Shown: positions 25,183-39,349 of the stretch, in pieces | How the letters are laid out: the number at the start of each line of letters is the position of its first letter | How positions within the stretch are numbered: position 1 is the first letter of the stretch | Assembly: GCF_009914755.1 (NCBI RefSeq) | Contig: NC_060934.1 | From: the human T2T-CHM13v2.0 reference genome, Homo sapiens | Length of the DNA: 64,000 bases | Reading direction: 5' to 3' (one strand) | Translations under genes and position numbers: made by a program | Notes under the pieces: model-generated | What the model was told of the DNA's origin: nothing | Seen by the model: only the letters and a program-made list of their open reading frames with translations | The model's database searches: none

Positions 25183-25655
25183 ATGTATTAGTTAGCTTTT
25201 GCTGCAGCAATAAGCAACTACAAAGTTACAGTAACTTACTACAAGAGATATTTATTTATTGCTCATGTTACATAAGGCACTCAGGCTTTTGCTGGCTCTT
25301 GCTGGGCTTGACTTGGTTTGATTTGTCTCAGCTTGACTCGGTTTCACGTGCCTTCTCATTCCCAGACCCAAGCTAAAGGAAGAGCCAACATATGGGATGT
25401 GTTGTTTTCGTGGTAGGGGCTTAAGCTTCAGGGTGCAAGCAATGCCTCTTAAACTCTCTGTTTTGAAGTGTCACACTCTCTTTCATCCACATTCTTCTGC
25501 TCAAAGCAAGCCACATGACCAAGTTGAGTGTAGCATTGTGTATTTTTTTTCTCATTCTACCAGGTGGGACTGAAAATCAGATGGCTAAGGGTGCAGATGC
25601 ATTTTTTTTTAATAGAAAAGGAGTGAAGAATTGAAATGATAATCCACTCCATCAT
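25183..25655 (-). mobile_element. MLT1 (H/I-like) MaLR LTR
   Basis: tgtattagttagcttttgctgc...tatttatttattgctcatg...caaagcaagccacatgaccaag...aggagtgaagaattg. Confidence 0.7.
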
Positions 25656-27769
25656 ACTGTGCTACAAAGTTTGGACTTTATATAGAAAATGAAGAGTTAC
25701 CAAAGGTATGTAAAGATGTTGATATTTCTTCTTTCTCCTTCTAGATTAAAAAGCAAGAAGTGAAGTTTGATTCTATTTTTATTTCATAAGACTTTTTACA
25801 CCACCATGCATGTACTAGGAACCCAGTTAATGTCCCTTTCCAACTCCATAAATATAATGTAAAAATAAGTTAACCACCACAGAGTTTTTCAGTTTTGGCC
25901 TCATAAGAGTTAAACCTTCACCTTAAATCTGAACGTTGTCACTGATAGACAGCTCTTGACACATTTATTGGAAAGCAGAAATAATTCTTTTTGGTCTGGA
26001 AAAGTGGGTGTGGGCTGTATATGTGAGAAAGAGTTATGTTGGATAGACCAATTGTTTCCCATCCCAGACTGTGGTGTGTAGGTAAACTTTTGTGGCAGAG
26101 TGAGACTCTCTGTTCCCTTATCACTTTTGTTTCTCCCCATACTCACATTGCTATGAAGAGTTTTTTAAACCCATCTCAATATTACTGAGAGAGAAATTGA
26201 ATTATCTTACATGAACTCCAGTCTAAAGAATATCCATTTCCAGCCTTGCCTTACCAGCAGGAGGGGAAAGGAACCTGCTTCTATGTCCTTGGACAGAAAG
26301 ACAGCAGTAGAATAAACCAGAAGTTTAGGTTTAAAGCTGAGAGGTAGAAAAGGAGGGAAAGAGATCAAGAAGAGGAGACATCTAGATACCATGTAAGGTG
26401 CATGTAATAAGAACACAAAATTAATGTTTCACATTAGTTTTTAGATTCTGAATTGATTTTCAATTAGTCAAAAGTAGAGTGGTAGGATTGTTTCTGATGG
26501 TTTTGTTGTTGCATGCTTTTCAAGACATCGCTCTGCAAACTGTCAGGATTATGCTATCTAGATTTTTGACCATAACTCCATGGGTGAGAAAGGAGACAAG
26601 AGGGAAAAGGGAATGAGGAGCTTTGCTTCAGGGTGTGCAAGGCAGTAAAAATTTGCCAGGTCAATCTAGACCAGTGATTGGGAACCTCTGGAATAAGCAA
26701 TCTCCAAGGGAAAGGACTTGTCTCAATGGCTTGGCTGTCAAATTGTTAGCCTTCTCGTGTTGATCTGTACTAAACACTCATGCATTTCTCCACTGAGACG
26801 GCAAGAACTGAGATTTTAATAGCCTTTTGTGTCTTAGTGTCTTCTGTTGGCTATGTCACTGGGGACTCTTTACTATTGTTAGTTAAAAGCTTGATAACTG
26901 TGTTCTGTTACAATATAATTAAATATTTGATTAATTGCTGCAGTTTTATTCCATGGAGTATGCAGTTTTCCTGAATCAAAGAGTTTGTCTCAGCACAGTG
27001 TCAAAAAACACAAAGATTTAAAGCTCATCCAACCATCAATTCAGAGCTAATACAGGGACCTTGACTCTCAAGGCTGCTGAATGGTAGGATTAAACAAACA
27101 TTTTTAAAAGGGGGACTGTTCCTGCTACTGAACAAGAATGATAATAAAGTGGGATAAATATAGAAGAATGCAAACTTACATTTTTATATCTGAAATGTGT
27201 GCTCTGGCTCCCTGGTTTGGATCTTCCCTATTAATACAGGAAAAATGAAATCTAATCTATGAGAGAGAGATCAAGGTGTTGAATAAACTGAGATGTGAAG
27301 AAAGTGTTTCCCGAGTCACCAAACATTTACTGATCACCTTTCGTGTACCAAATACCTAAAGCAGTAAGATTGCTTTCAAAGTGCTCATGTTCCATTAGGG
27401 AATACAGATCTTTGTGAAATACATTACAGATAGATAAATACTAATAAGTGCACAAACAGAGATAGTGTGGTGAATGTGGTGGGGCAAGACAAGAGTGAGA
27501 AAGAAAATCAGAAAAATAAATTCTAAAATAACTGACTTTTTAAAAAGGGTCTCTAAAGAAAAGCTAAATGAATGGAGTGAGAAGAAGGAAAGCAGTATGG
27601 GTAACTCAATATCAACTTTACATGCATGCCACTGTGAGTGGAAATCATCTAAAATATGAAAGACCTGGATTGGAGTAACTGGTCTGTTGCAGTTCTCGCT
27701 CTATGTGATTGTCAGTGTCCTCCCTTATAAAATTATGACAGAGTTGGCAACTTAAATCCATGCTTTCTT

Positions 27770-28058
27770 CCATAGTGTGGATTTGTTTCTGGGAAGCTGC
27801 TGTTCAACTACATTTATCCTTCCCTGCAGCTTAGCCAAGGCCACGTGACTATTTCTGGCCAATGGGATGTGGAGGTTGGCTATCTGATGTGCCTTCCCCT
27901 GCTCTTCTCTCTTGCTATGTTGGTATTGAAGATGGTGATGTCACAAGGGCATCTGAGAGCTGCCTGGATTTTGCAGACTCCACATCAACAAAAATCAAAC
28001 TTCTATTGTTCTGAGTCACTGAGCTTTTCGGGTTATGAATTGTAGCAGTTAGCCTAAC
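27770..28058 (+). mobile_element. MLT1-type LTR remnant, apparently inside a MIR
   Basis: ggccacgtgactatttctggccaatgggatgtgg...aaacttctattgttctgagtcactgag...gtagcagttagcctaac; MIR-like sequence on both sides. Confidence 0.55.
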
Positions 28059-28534
28059 AGGAGCAGTATAAAAATGCAAATAATAGCTATTCTACATTTC
28101 ATATGGTTGTTGAGAGCCTCAAACATAACAAATGGGAAAGACATTGTAAAATTTTAAAGACTAGACAAATGTTAGGGATTGTGGTTGGAAAGAAAATCAA
28201 AATGTACCAATTGAAAATTCATATCGAGTTTAATAAGAAATGTAATTGGATCAATTGAAAACATGTTTTCGGTGATTACTCTTGTGTTATATGCTGTTAT
28301 GAAAACACCTTTAAATTTTAACTGAAGGCCTTTTGTTTTGAGTGATTCTTAATGCTATAAGTTTAATAAATACATACTTTTGAACATAAAATTCTATGAT
28401 ATCTGATCTGGGTTCTTTTGGTTCACTGTTTAACAAAATATAGATAGATTGTCTCGAGGGAGATGCAACTTGAATTTGGAAATAAAGAGCAGGAAAAGAC
28501 TAAGTAAGGAGGATTTATAGGGAAAAATGGCGAA

Positions 28535-28930
28535 TTAGTCAGAAATCTTTCAGGTACAAGTGACAGGATCTTGACATGAAGTGGCTGAAGCCAAAGGAGG
28601 ACTTTATTGATATGACATAACTGCAAGAATGGCAAGGCTGTGGCTGGGGCTCAGCAAAAGACTAAAATTCCATTAGGTTCCCTCTAATTCCCCATTTCAG
28701 CTTCCCTCTGCAGGTTATATCATGCCTTTATTGGACATTGCTTTTTCTCTTCATGGTTGTTGACAGTTCCCTGGTTCCCTATCCTAAACCTTCAGTTACC
28801 AAGGTAGGCGTTACCTGCAATCTGTTCTCTTTCAAGTCCTAATATTCTATGGAAGGGATTTACTGGGTTATTTGAGTTACGCGCCCACTCCTGAAGAGGA
28901 TGAAGTCACTAACATGGCTGCTTCCAGGTT
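28535..28930 (-). mobile_element. Old MLT1J/K-like LTR remnant
   Basis: ttagtcagaaatctttcaggtacaagtgacagg...gtggctgaagccaaaggaggactttattg. Confidence 0.45.
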
Positions 28931-29080
28931 AATCATGTGTATGAGGCAAGAATTTACTGGGAAGAAATCTCACAGGCAAATTTAGCAGCAAAGAGAATTT
29001 CTAATGCAAAATCGTCAATTAAAAATTACTGTAAAAATACTATTCTAGACTGTTAAAGGACTGTAATAAATGAACAGACA

Positions 29081-29130
29081 CTACTGTTCTCTGGGAACTT
29101 AAAATCTGCTGTTCTCTGGGAACTTAGAAT
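29081..29130. repeat. 25-bp tandem duplication
   Basis: ctactgttctctgggaacttaaaat / ctgctgttctctgggaacttagaat (2 mismatches). Confidence 0.9.
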
Positions 29131-30354
29131 CCACAGTGGAGATAAGACAAATAGACTTATAAAATGTTTATTTATAATGTAATTTGAGTGCACAAGGCAG
29201 ATCTTTGTTTACTTTCCTTTAACATACATGATTTCTATTATGATTGAAAAGTCTTGATTCTTGGACAATATACAGACTTGTGACTCATATATTTTGGGAT
29301 TCTCACCAACTTTAAGATTCTAAAGAAAGTTTCCCAGCTTAGTATTTTCATATAACTAATTTCAGCCACACTTTGTAAAAATATACATATGAGGTTTCTT
29401 AAAAAAAATTTTTTTTATCTCCACTGCTGAGATCACAAAAAGGGAATTTGTGTCTTGGCAACAGAAACTTATTATAAGAGATAATAATGTTTGACTTTGA
29501 TTCTATGAATCAGAATGTTGGTATGGATTTAACTGGATTTTTCTAAAAGCATGCTAAAGTCAACATTTGCATGGTCAGAATTTGAGTAAATTTGCCTACA
29601 TTCTGAGACATCTGATTAAGGAATCTTTAATCTTGTCTTTTGTTGTCTTACTGTCAGCATTTGCTATTACTTTCAACAAAATTTAATACCACCTAGGTTT
29701 GAGGTGGGATGGAGGAGGATTGTGTTTAAGAAAGGGAAGGCTCAAAAGGATTTGCTTTCAAGGAACATTGAAGAGAGTATTTTAGATGATGACTGTGGGT
29801 AGCCATAGATTCAATCTGCTTAGGGCATAGACACAGATGATGCTTTCAAACTGTTTTCAAGGATTCATTGCATGAATTGGCAATGGTGTTGAATTCCAGG
29901 GTAATCTTTTAATCATTCCAAGTTCAGGTGTTATTTTTCTTCCTCATAGTTACCAACAAAAAGAAAAAGCAAGATGTAAGACATGAACACACTGGTCTCA
30001 CCTCTTCACTCTTTGTACACTCAATGTTCATACTCTGGCACTTCCTAGATATGTAAACAGGACTTTTGGAATGTGATCTAAGAATCAGCAAAGAGTCTTC
30101 CATTTCCCAGTATGTACCCTGCCTAGATGCACCCAAAGGCTTCATCATCAAACTCATTCAAGTTGGTTAACTCAGTGTCCATCTGGGATACTTTGTTAAA
30201 CTGCAGAGGTCAACGGGGTTGAGCAAATCTGGAGAGGCATTTAATGGAGTCCAAGAGACAACATATTTATAATTTGTGCTGTTCTATAAAATGTGATATA
30301 GTCTACTCTTCTACAAAAAATGGAATAATACTATGCTTACTTGTTTGTAATTAT

Positions 30355-30447
30355 TTTTTCTTTTGAGACAGGGTCTGTATCTGTTGACTGGCACAATCAC
30401 AATTCACTGCAGTCTCGACCTCCTGGGCTCAAGTGATCCTTCTGCCT
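30355..30447 (-). mobile_element. AluJ/FRAM-type fragment
   Basis: ttttgagacagggtct...cactgcagtctcgacctcctgggctcaagtgatccttctgcct. Confidence 0.8.
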
Positions 30448-30449
30448 GT

Positions 30450-31420
30450 GACTACCTCATAATTAGAGTGTATTTTACTATTTTGATAATTCTCCTATTG
30501 TAGAAAATTTAGGTCATTTCTAAATTTTTACTCATATAAACAGTGCTTCCCAAACTTTATCACTATATCTTCAATTACCTCTTGGATATTGACTAAAATT
30601 TTTTTCCTAGAAATATAATTAATGAGCCAAAGGACATATCTTTAAACATTTTATTTTTCATATGTGCTGCTCAGTTGCCCTCAAGAAATATTGTATGGGC
30701 TTAGACTCCTAATATTCATGTGAGGGGCCTAATTATCAGCAACTTTTTAGAAATCTCAGTGTTAAGTTTATTTTAAACACTGACCATTTTATACCTAAAA
30801 CATTCTATAGCATTTTGGTTTAATTTTTATTTACACTATATGAGATTAAATATTTTTCATGCTTATTAGACATTTATGTTTGTTTATTTGTGAATTATGT
30901 ATATACCCTGTGCTTGTTTTAATCTTAGGGTGTTTGCATTAAAAAACTGATTTGTAAAGACTATTTATCTATTAAAGATAATAGTTTCCATAGTTATATA
31001 ACATGTATTCTAACATGCAGATTTGTAAATATATACTTTTTATATGGTTATGTTTATTCTTTCTTTCATGGTTTCCCTTTTTGGTGTTATGCTAATAAAG
31101 ATTTTCATAATGCTACATTATACACACAGATACAGAAATTTTTTATTTCTAGTATATATTGCAATTTACTACATCATTTTGAAGATGTTATTCAATTGTC
31201 TTCTAATTTTCGTTATTATTTTTGAGATATTAGCTGTAAATCTTATTAGGATTTCCTTTTAGGTAATGTGCATTTTATTCTGGTTTCTTCAAAGATTTTC
31301 TCTTTGTCATTGGGTTCTAGTAGTTTTACTACAATAAGCCTATGTGTGTTTTTCTTTGCATTTATCCTCATTATGTATTTGTGTCTTGATATCTTTGATG
31401 ATAGGAACCACTGATTAAGA
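30450..31420 (-). mobile_element. Ancient L1M fragments
   Basis: T-rich L1-like motifs; minus ORF 31246-31449 has INAKKNTHRLIVVKLLEPNDKEKIFEE, similar to L1 ORF1. Confidence 0.55.
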
Positions 31421-32409
31421 CAATCAGATCTGAATTCCCTTCCAATCAAGCTTTTTCTTTGTGCAATAATATGGAAGTAATCTTTCTAGGCCTGTCTATC
31501 ACGGAGCTAGATGGGACTGGGCTTTTGAGAATGGAGAGTGAATGAGTTGGTTTGTGATTTTATGCCTGTGAATGTGAACACTGGACTCTGTATAAATAAT
31601 GTTGTATGTTTATGCTGGTAATGGGAACAGTATAGGAGAGAGGGAGAAAGAAACTGTCTGTTGTGCAGATGAAAGTGTGTTTCACTTGGGATTTTTTTGA
31701 TTATCCAAGACATCATAAACCTATTAAAAAAGAATTTGTTGGCTCTGGTAACTTAATATTCAGTTGTAGATTTAGCTTCAATCTCTGTTGGCTGCAGGGA
31801 TCCAAATGATGTAATCAGGCCCTGGTTCTCTTTCAAAGTCTGTCAGCTAGCTATTCTTCTCTCTATTGGAGTTATTCTCAGATAAGTAGTCTGTTGTGTT
31901 AAAAATATTACCTCTACCAACTTTAACTTAATTATTTTAGATTCAAGTCTCATGAGAAAGAACACTTCCCTTAGTGTCAGAGTTGCAGCAAAATTGTGTC
32001 TTATTTGCTCTGATTTGGCCTTTTGGTCATCCTTGAACAATTATTATGGCCAGAGAAAGGAAATGCCCTGATTGGCTAGACTAGTGTCACATGGTCACTC
32101 TATCCTAGGTCTGAAGACGGGAGTTAAGTCAATATGAAGTTTGCTAGTTGATAATGGGTGAAGGGGTTATTTGTTAGAAGAGAATTGGGGTTCTGTGGTG
32201 ACCTAGCCTCCATTTCTTCATCCTTTGGCCTTTTGAGACTTTTATAATTACAGTATTTTATGATGCAGAACAGTCTTTTTTTTTTTTTTTTTGTTGAGTG
32301 GCTATCTGGAATTGTTATATGCTTCTGAAATACTTGAATATACTCATGTCCTATATCGATGTTTGTAGTTCCTCATTCAAATCATCTGCAATAGTTTTAT
32401 AGCTAGAGG

Positions 32410-32575
32410 CAGATTCAATGGTTTTGGACTCTGGATACACATTAGAAATACCTGGAGAACATTTATGAGGAGATTACTGGCTTTTCTGTAGATATTCTGA
32501 TGTAAGTCATCTAAAGTGAGACCAGGGCATTGAAGATTCACTGTAAAATCAGGATGAGAACCATAGGTTAACAAA
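32410..32575. mobile_element. MER5-type MITE remnant
   Basis: caatggttttggactctggatacacattagaaatacctggagaac...caggatgagaacca. Confidence 0.5.
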
Positions 32576-33397
32576 TTCTGGAGCAAATCAACTATAGAAT
32601 TTCTTGGGAGGTAGGTGGATTTTACTTCCTGAAGTGTTTGATAGTTTCCTTTAGCCATTATATGTTGACATCCTTTATTTCAATGCTGTTTGATTTTGAG
32701 TTAAGACTCATTGCTAGACATGCTGGGTTAGCAAAGGGGATGATGAGAATGAAGGTGGGAATGGCAGGAGAGTAGATACAGCTATAAGTGAGATGCTTTT
32801 CCTTAAAGACCTCTGAGAAGCCACAATAAAAATAGCCCACCTTGAAAATCTACTTGGTGAAACACTCATTTACTGATATCTAGGCAGAGGGCACATGGCG
32901 GATGTTTTCCTTCGATTCTTAGCTGCCTGCCATTAACTGTTTCTTTCTAGCTGGGGGACTTCAAAAGACAACATAGCACTTGTATGTATATCCAGCTGTC
33001 CCATGCTGTGGACTTCGGTTTTAACCAGGTTCCTTTCAAGCCCTATTTTCAGTTTCTACAAGTGGCTTAGAAGAGAGGTGTTTCTAATGGACCATTTCAA
33101 ATAAATAGATAGACTCAGAAAAATAGTGACCCAGAGGGTGCCTGGATAGTGTCTACTTCCTAGCTACATAAGACATTTCAGCATAAGCATCATGGGCACT
33201 AAATGTTTGCAAAGGTTCGAACACTGTTTCCAAATAATAATGAATGAAAATCTTGTACTTTCTTTTTTACCTTTAATTCTATATTATTTTTTCCTTTGCC
33301 TTAAATTCATAGCCAATTACAGTAACAGAGGTGAATATTTTCGTGAGATCTCAGATGCCAATATCCAGAAGTACGCGGCTGGCTCCAGTATTTTTGA

Positions 33398-33764
<367 letters not shown>

Positions 33765-35593
33765 TTAATTTTTGCCGGAGAGCCAAGAGTTTGCCTTTGC
33801 CTTGCCAGTCTTCATGTCTGTAGATTGAGGTGGAGATAGGGACCTATTGGAGTTGTTGGTCTTCAGTCTACTGTCCTCCAACCAACCTCTCTCTTTTCAG
33901 CCTGTTTCTCCTTCTTGTCCATAGGCTCACAACGTTTTATCCTGGAGCCTGTTTAGTTCTATTGGCTCCCTGGCTGCCATTAGCCTTATATTCCCTTTGG
34001 TAGATTCTGGACTGTGGATTATTACACTGTTTTATCCATCAGCATATTTACATCTGCTTTCCAATTCCAGAAATGTGAAGAATTGCCTTTTTCTCCCATT
34101 GTCTGTGTTCTTATGCTTATAGTCCTTTTTTGGTGGGCTTTTTGATGGAAAGGGAGGGGAATACCTGGTTTCCCAACCTGTACCTGTAAGTTCTTTGTTT
34201 TTGTTTTTGTTTTTTCCTTTTTTTTTTTAACCATATCATGTGTGATATGGTTCTTCATTCACTTAATGAAACACACCATAATAGTGCTTTTGGAAGTAAA
34301 TGTACTCAAATCTGTTAGTTTTACACATAAGGATATGGATGAGCGACAGCATTATTCATGTGGAGGAAGGAAAAATGAAGCTTAATGTTGCTTCTACTGC
34401 CAAAGTCTACTATGAGACTTTGGAAAACAATTTAAAAACCAAATAGGTGAGAGCTTTTATAATGTAATTTGTAACATTTTATAAGGATGACAAATGTCCT
34501 AGAATTAAAAGAATGAACCTTTTGGGCAGACTATAGGACATTCATCTAAGAATAAATTACTTTGGAACTTCTGTTCCTTCTTTAATATTTGTAAGCAGTT
34601 TTTACCCAAGGCATAATGCCAAGCAGTTTCAAAAGTATAAATTATTACCCGTAGCTCACACCATTTTATCCTTTTTTTCTATTTAATTAAATGTGCCTCT
34701 CATCTCTCTATCAAGAGGAATAAAACTCAATTGCGATGTATTTAGTCCTTTCTAGTTTATCTTTCTGGTACTTTTAAAAGGTAGCTCCATGCCATATGCT
34801 ATGCACCAGAATGGCTGTAAATAATCATAAAATTAAATGCCAGAATTTACCACTACATGTGGTTTCTCATTAAGGTTTGATGTGGCTTCTCTAAACTGAA
34901 AATGGTTGAAGGGTTGATTCCTTGTATTATCAAGCTGTTTTCTGAGCTTTCTTGCTGGCCCACCTACCTGGATATATAATTAACTTCAGCTCTGGAAGGC
35001 TTCTGATAGATTTGGGCTACATCTTTGGGAAAATAAGAGGTTATTCTCTGAAACACATATGTGCTTCAGAATAGCAACTCCAAAGTATCTTCAGTGGCTG
35101 TTCCCTAATATGATGGCAACCATATGTTCTGGATATTCCCTACCAATACTATGTCATGTACCCTGATCTGGGGTTTGGAAAATACAGCCAATACCATATG
35201 TAACACTAAGTAGGGAGAATAGATCAGGCTGCTATTGCTAATGAGCTAAATGTTATTTTAAGACAAAGCCCAAACTAACCCAGACTATATCAGTCATTAT
35301 TTTAGATTCATTACTTTAATTTTCTTCTTTAAATAATACTGTATTCTAGAGAATTAAAAATTTTCATAATGAGAAACCATGGCTCTATGATAACAAATCC
35401 ATTTAGGGAAGAGATTATAGACAGTAAAATCAATAGAGATTAGATTATTCATATTTTTAGCTCAGTTGTTTTGATATTCTTCTTTAGATATTGTGCTATA
35501 GAGAATTAGGAATTTCCAAATATAAATGACAATGGTCCTATGCTCACAAGTCAATTTAGAGAAAAGATTATATAAATTAAACTTAAGTTTTTC

Positions 35594-35624
35594 TGTGTGT
35601 GTGTGTGTGTGTGAGTGTGTGTGT
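35594..35624. repeat. (TG)n microsatellite
   Basis: ~15 TG units with one interruption. Confidence 0.9.
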
Positions 35625-35881
35625 TTCTGTCATGATGGCAACAAGTAAACATTAACTCCACTAAACAGTGTTTTAATATTTCCTTATCTTCCAATGGACT
35701 GTGTTTCATTCTATCATCAGTAATGATCAGGGTAATTATTTCAATAAACATTAGTTTTGAATGCCATTTATTGTGCAAGGTAGTGTCCTGGGGACTGAGG
35801 ACATCCTAAAATAGATGTCTTAACTTTTGTTGCAAAGCAGCTAAGACTAGTGCCTAGAGAAGAGTCAGCTTCTTCTCCAGC

Positions 35882-36125
35882 CACAGTGGTTCAGTGTTAT
35901 AAGCCAGACAGATATATGCTTGTCACTTATCAGATGTGAGACTTGAGCAGGTTAAATAACTTCCGGTGAGCCTCGGTTTTCTCATTTGCAAACTGGGGCA
36001 CATAAGACCTTCCCTACAGGTGGTTGCATAGGATAAATGAGGTGATATTAGTAAAGTGCTCAGCACAGTTTCTGGTACACTGTAATTCAGCAAATATTGG
36101 CAAAAGTAGTCATTACTGTTATAAT
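35882..36125 (+). mobile_element. MIR
   Basis: gagcctcggttttctcatttgcaaactgggg...ataaatgaggtgata...taaagtgctcagcacagtttctggtaca. Confidence 0.8.
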
Positions 36126-36908
36126 AATATAGTTTCTATTAAAATTGGTTGATGATATATGTCAATATCTGGCAGTGCTTTCATTCGGCAGACGGGATAG
36201 GAAGTATTTGCCTTGGTTTTATCAATATTATGTCAGAATAAGAGTGGAGGTGAAGTATGGCAAGAATAACAAAACTGTGTCTCTGTTCCCTAATGGTTGG
36301 CTTCACCAATTCCTATATACTCTATCCCTGTTCATTTTTCCTGGTTTTTCTCCTATTTTTGCCCATGCCCAGAGGTCTCCACTTGTTAATATTCTACCCA
36401 GCTTCCTAGAGTGCTGAGCAATTTCTCTGCTTGATGGTGGGTCTGGTCTTATCCTAGCATCAAACATAAATTCAGCCACCAGAGCCAAGAATAGAGAAAG
36501 ACAGAAAAATAGTTTTTTCTTGATTTTTGAATTCGTTACATAAGCAGCTTTACGATGTAATACATTTTTAACATGCCCATTTAATTGGTTTTATTGATAT
36601 AGCTAAAATCAAATGAAATAGGGTCTATACTGGAACATCTTGGTTGCTGCAAGTAGGGGGGCTGTCTATAAAATGCATTACTGTAATGCAAAATAAAGAA
36701 CCCACATAAGAAAGGAAGGTGAAGTGCCAGGGAGCTCATAGAACATTCAATCATCTTTAGAAAAAAATGTGTTCCTATTTCAACAGAATCAAATATCCAA
36801 AGTGATGATCAGAAGAAAGAATGACCATATACTTATTCTCTGTGTTTATTTCTTTTGAGAGACTCATGAGGTCTTTGCTGGAGAAGATCTTACAGACCAT
36901 CTAGTCTG

Positions 36909-37120
36909 TAGTGTTTCCCAACATTTTTGTTTTAAGACTGTAGCAGCCCTTGTTGAAGTGAAGTCCTCCGTACAGCTTGCATTTGAAATAGAGAATAACT
37001 AACCCGTACGGGAGTGGAGGCAGAGCTCCTAGAGCTCTGGTTTTCCACCTCTACTCCATTCACAATCTCTGCTTGCACCAAGGTGTTAGCTCAGGGTTCT
37101 TGAAGGTTTTAAGAACCATG
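36909..37120. mobile_element. hAT-Charlie MITE (MER117-like) within a minus-strand MIR
   Basis: agtgtttcccaacattttt...gcagcccttgttgaagtgaagtc...ttttaagaacca; MIR-like flanks at ~36880 and 37140-37530. Confidence 0.4.
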
Positions 37121-37207
37121 GACTATGGTAATCTCATAGAATCCTTTATTTTATATAAAAAACTGAGACCTACAGAAAGAAAATTTTATGTTTAAAATCA
37201 TTAACTT

Positions 37208-37464
37208 GGTTGGGCATGGTGGCTCACCCCTGTAATCCTAGCACTTTGGGAGGCTGAAGTGGGAGGATCACTTAAACTCAGGAGTTCAAGTACAGCCTGC
37301 ACAACACAGCAAGACCTCATTTTTACTTAAAAAAAAATAATCTGGGGGTGGTGGTGCACACCTGTAGTTCCCAACTACTCAGGAGGCTGAGGTGGGAGGA
37401 TCACTTGAGACCTACAGCCTGGGTGACAGAGTGAGACCCTGTCTCAAAAATAAATAAATAAACA
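37208..37464 (+). mobile_element. AluJ with ~50-bp deletion in the right arm
   Basis: ggttgggcatggtggctcac...ggaggatcacttgaga|cctacagcctgggtgacagagtgagaccctgtctc plus (AAAT)n; decayed TSD taaaatca. Confidence 0.93.
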
Positions 37465-38158
37465 TAAAATCACAAGCTAATTACTGTCAAAACAGGTAAT
37501 AGAACCTAGGTCTCCTAACATCCAATCCATTGTACTTCACTTACAATATGGTATCTCCTCATTTAGCCTGTTTATTTCCTTCAGTAGTCTCAGTAAAGAG
37601 AAAACAAGGAAGTACAACCACCCATAAAGGATATTACTGCTGTTACTGCTACTACTACTTCAGCTATTACTATTTTTACAGAATGGAAAAAGAAAAACAA
37701 ATAAATACATCCATGATGAAAATGTTAATATAATCCGTATATACAACTGGACACGATGTGCTTCTCTCTTCATAAGCACATATTTTTCAATAGACCATAT
37801 TCTGATTGTATTTGAGGAGATACCAAATACAGAAGAAATTCTCCAGCTAATGAAGATGATTAACTGCGTTTGTTCTTTTTAATATAAGGTTGATTTTCAG
37901 TAACTTACAAATGAATCATTTCATGCTTTTCTATCTGAAATTGATTATGTGGTCCTTGAAAGAGAGTGACAACAAAGAAATGAAAATGCTTTTCCAGGCA
38001 CTTAAACCACATCTGAGAATTGGGCAATGAAAAGAAGACATCATTGGATACTATATCTGACCTTTGCTTTTGCTACCAGCAACATAAAGTAATACCATTT
38101 ACTGCACAGGCAAGTAACAGATTCTGTTGACTGATAGGCTTTTACATGTGCTTGTCAG

Positions 38159-38722
38159 TGTATTAGTTTTCTATTACTGCATAACAAATTACGAAAAGCT
38201 TTGTGGCTTATAGCAACAAATTAATTTTCTCACAGTTTCTGTGGGTCAGGATTCTAGATACCAGTTAGATGGGTGTCCTGTTCAGACTGTCACCACGCTG
38301 AAATCAAGTTGTCAGCCAAGACTTGAAGTCTGCTTGCAAGCTCACTAGTTGTTGGCTGATTCATTTCTGTGTGTTTGTATGACTGAGGCTCCTGTTTTTT
38401 TGCTAGCTGTTGGCTGGGGACTGCTCTCTGTTCCTAGAGACCACTCTCTTCTAACAACATGGACGTTTTCTTTAAGGCTAGCAGGAGAATGTCCCTCTGA
38501 CATTCCACCTTCTTTTATAGAATGCTCTGATTAGGTCAGGCCCACCCAGAATAGTCTCCCTTTTGATTAACTCAGTCAGCTGATCAGTTACTGAATTATG
38601 GATGTGATATCTCATTACATTCACAGGTTCTCTCCATACCTAAGAGGAGGCAGGGGTTTATTCAGGGCTTGTACAGCAGGGAGCTGTAATCTTGGGGACC
38701 AGTTTAGAGTACTGCCTACCAC
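38159..38722 (-). mobile_element. MLT1E-type MaLR solo LTR
   Basis: tgtattagttttctattactgcataacaaattac...ctcacagtttctgtgggtcagg...ctgattaggtcaggcccacc...ctgcctaccaca. Confidence 0.85.
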
Positions 38723-39056
38723 ATTTGGATTTTTCTAATTTATGGCCAAGGTAACTGAACATCAGGCAAAATTTTCATTTAAACCAAATTTGTATCTTTT
38801 TAGCCCAAAGGAATAAATTTCCAAAAATATTTGGTTGTTGGGGGAAAGTCGCATGGAGGAAGGAAAGAAGTGAGGAGGGCCCTTTCCAAACTAAGAAATA
38901 TTACTTAGAAATAAAAAGTTTATGCTTCAACAGATTTCTCAAAAACAGGGAACTCAGTATTTTAGCATGAAAATGTTTTTCCTAGGAGTTATAGTTGTCA
39001 TTAAAATTCTTAAAAACAAACAAAAGAAATCCTCTAGATTCAAGTTCCATGGTTTT

Positions 39057-39349
39057 TTTTTTTTTTTTTTTTTTTGAGATGGAGTCTCGCTTTGTCACCC
39101 AGGCTGGAATGCAGTGGCGTGATCTCAACTCATTGCAACCTCTGCCTCCTGGGTCCAAGCAATTCTCTGCCTCAGCCTCCCAAGTAGCTTACAGATGCCC
39201 ACCACCATGCCCGGCTAATTTTTGTATTTTTAGTAGAGACGGGGTTTCACCATCTTGGCTAGGCTGGTCTTGAACTCCTGACCTCATGATCCATCTGCCT
39301 CGGCCTCCCAAAGTGCTGGGATTACAGGCATGAGCCACCGTGCCTGGCC
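39057..39349 (-). mobile_element. Full-length AluS (Sg/Sc-like)
   Basis: Poly-T, both arms; TSD TCCATGGTTTT at 39046-39056 and 39350-39360. Confidence 0.97.

Noticed and set aside
32880-32897. CTCF-like GCAGAGGGCAC (also GCAGGTGGCAC at ~18278)
   Set aside because: Both lack the 5' CCA of the core motif; too weak to call.
36674-36690. Inverted repeat TGCATTAC-T-GTAATGCA
   Set aside because: An 8-bp-arm palindrome is expected by chance in 64 kb of AT-rich DNA.
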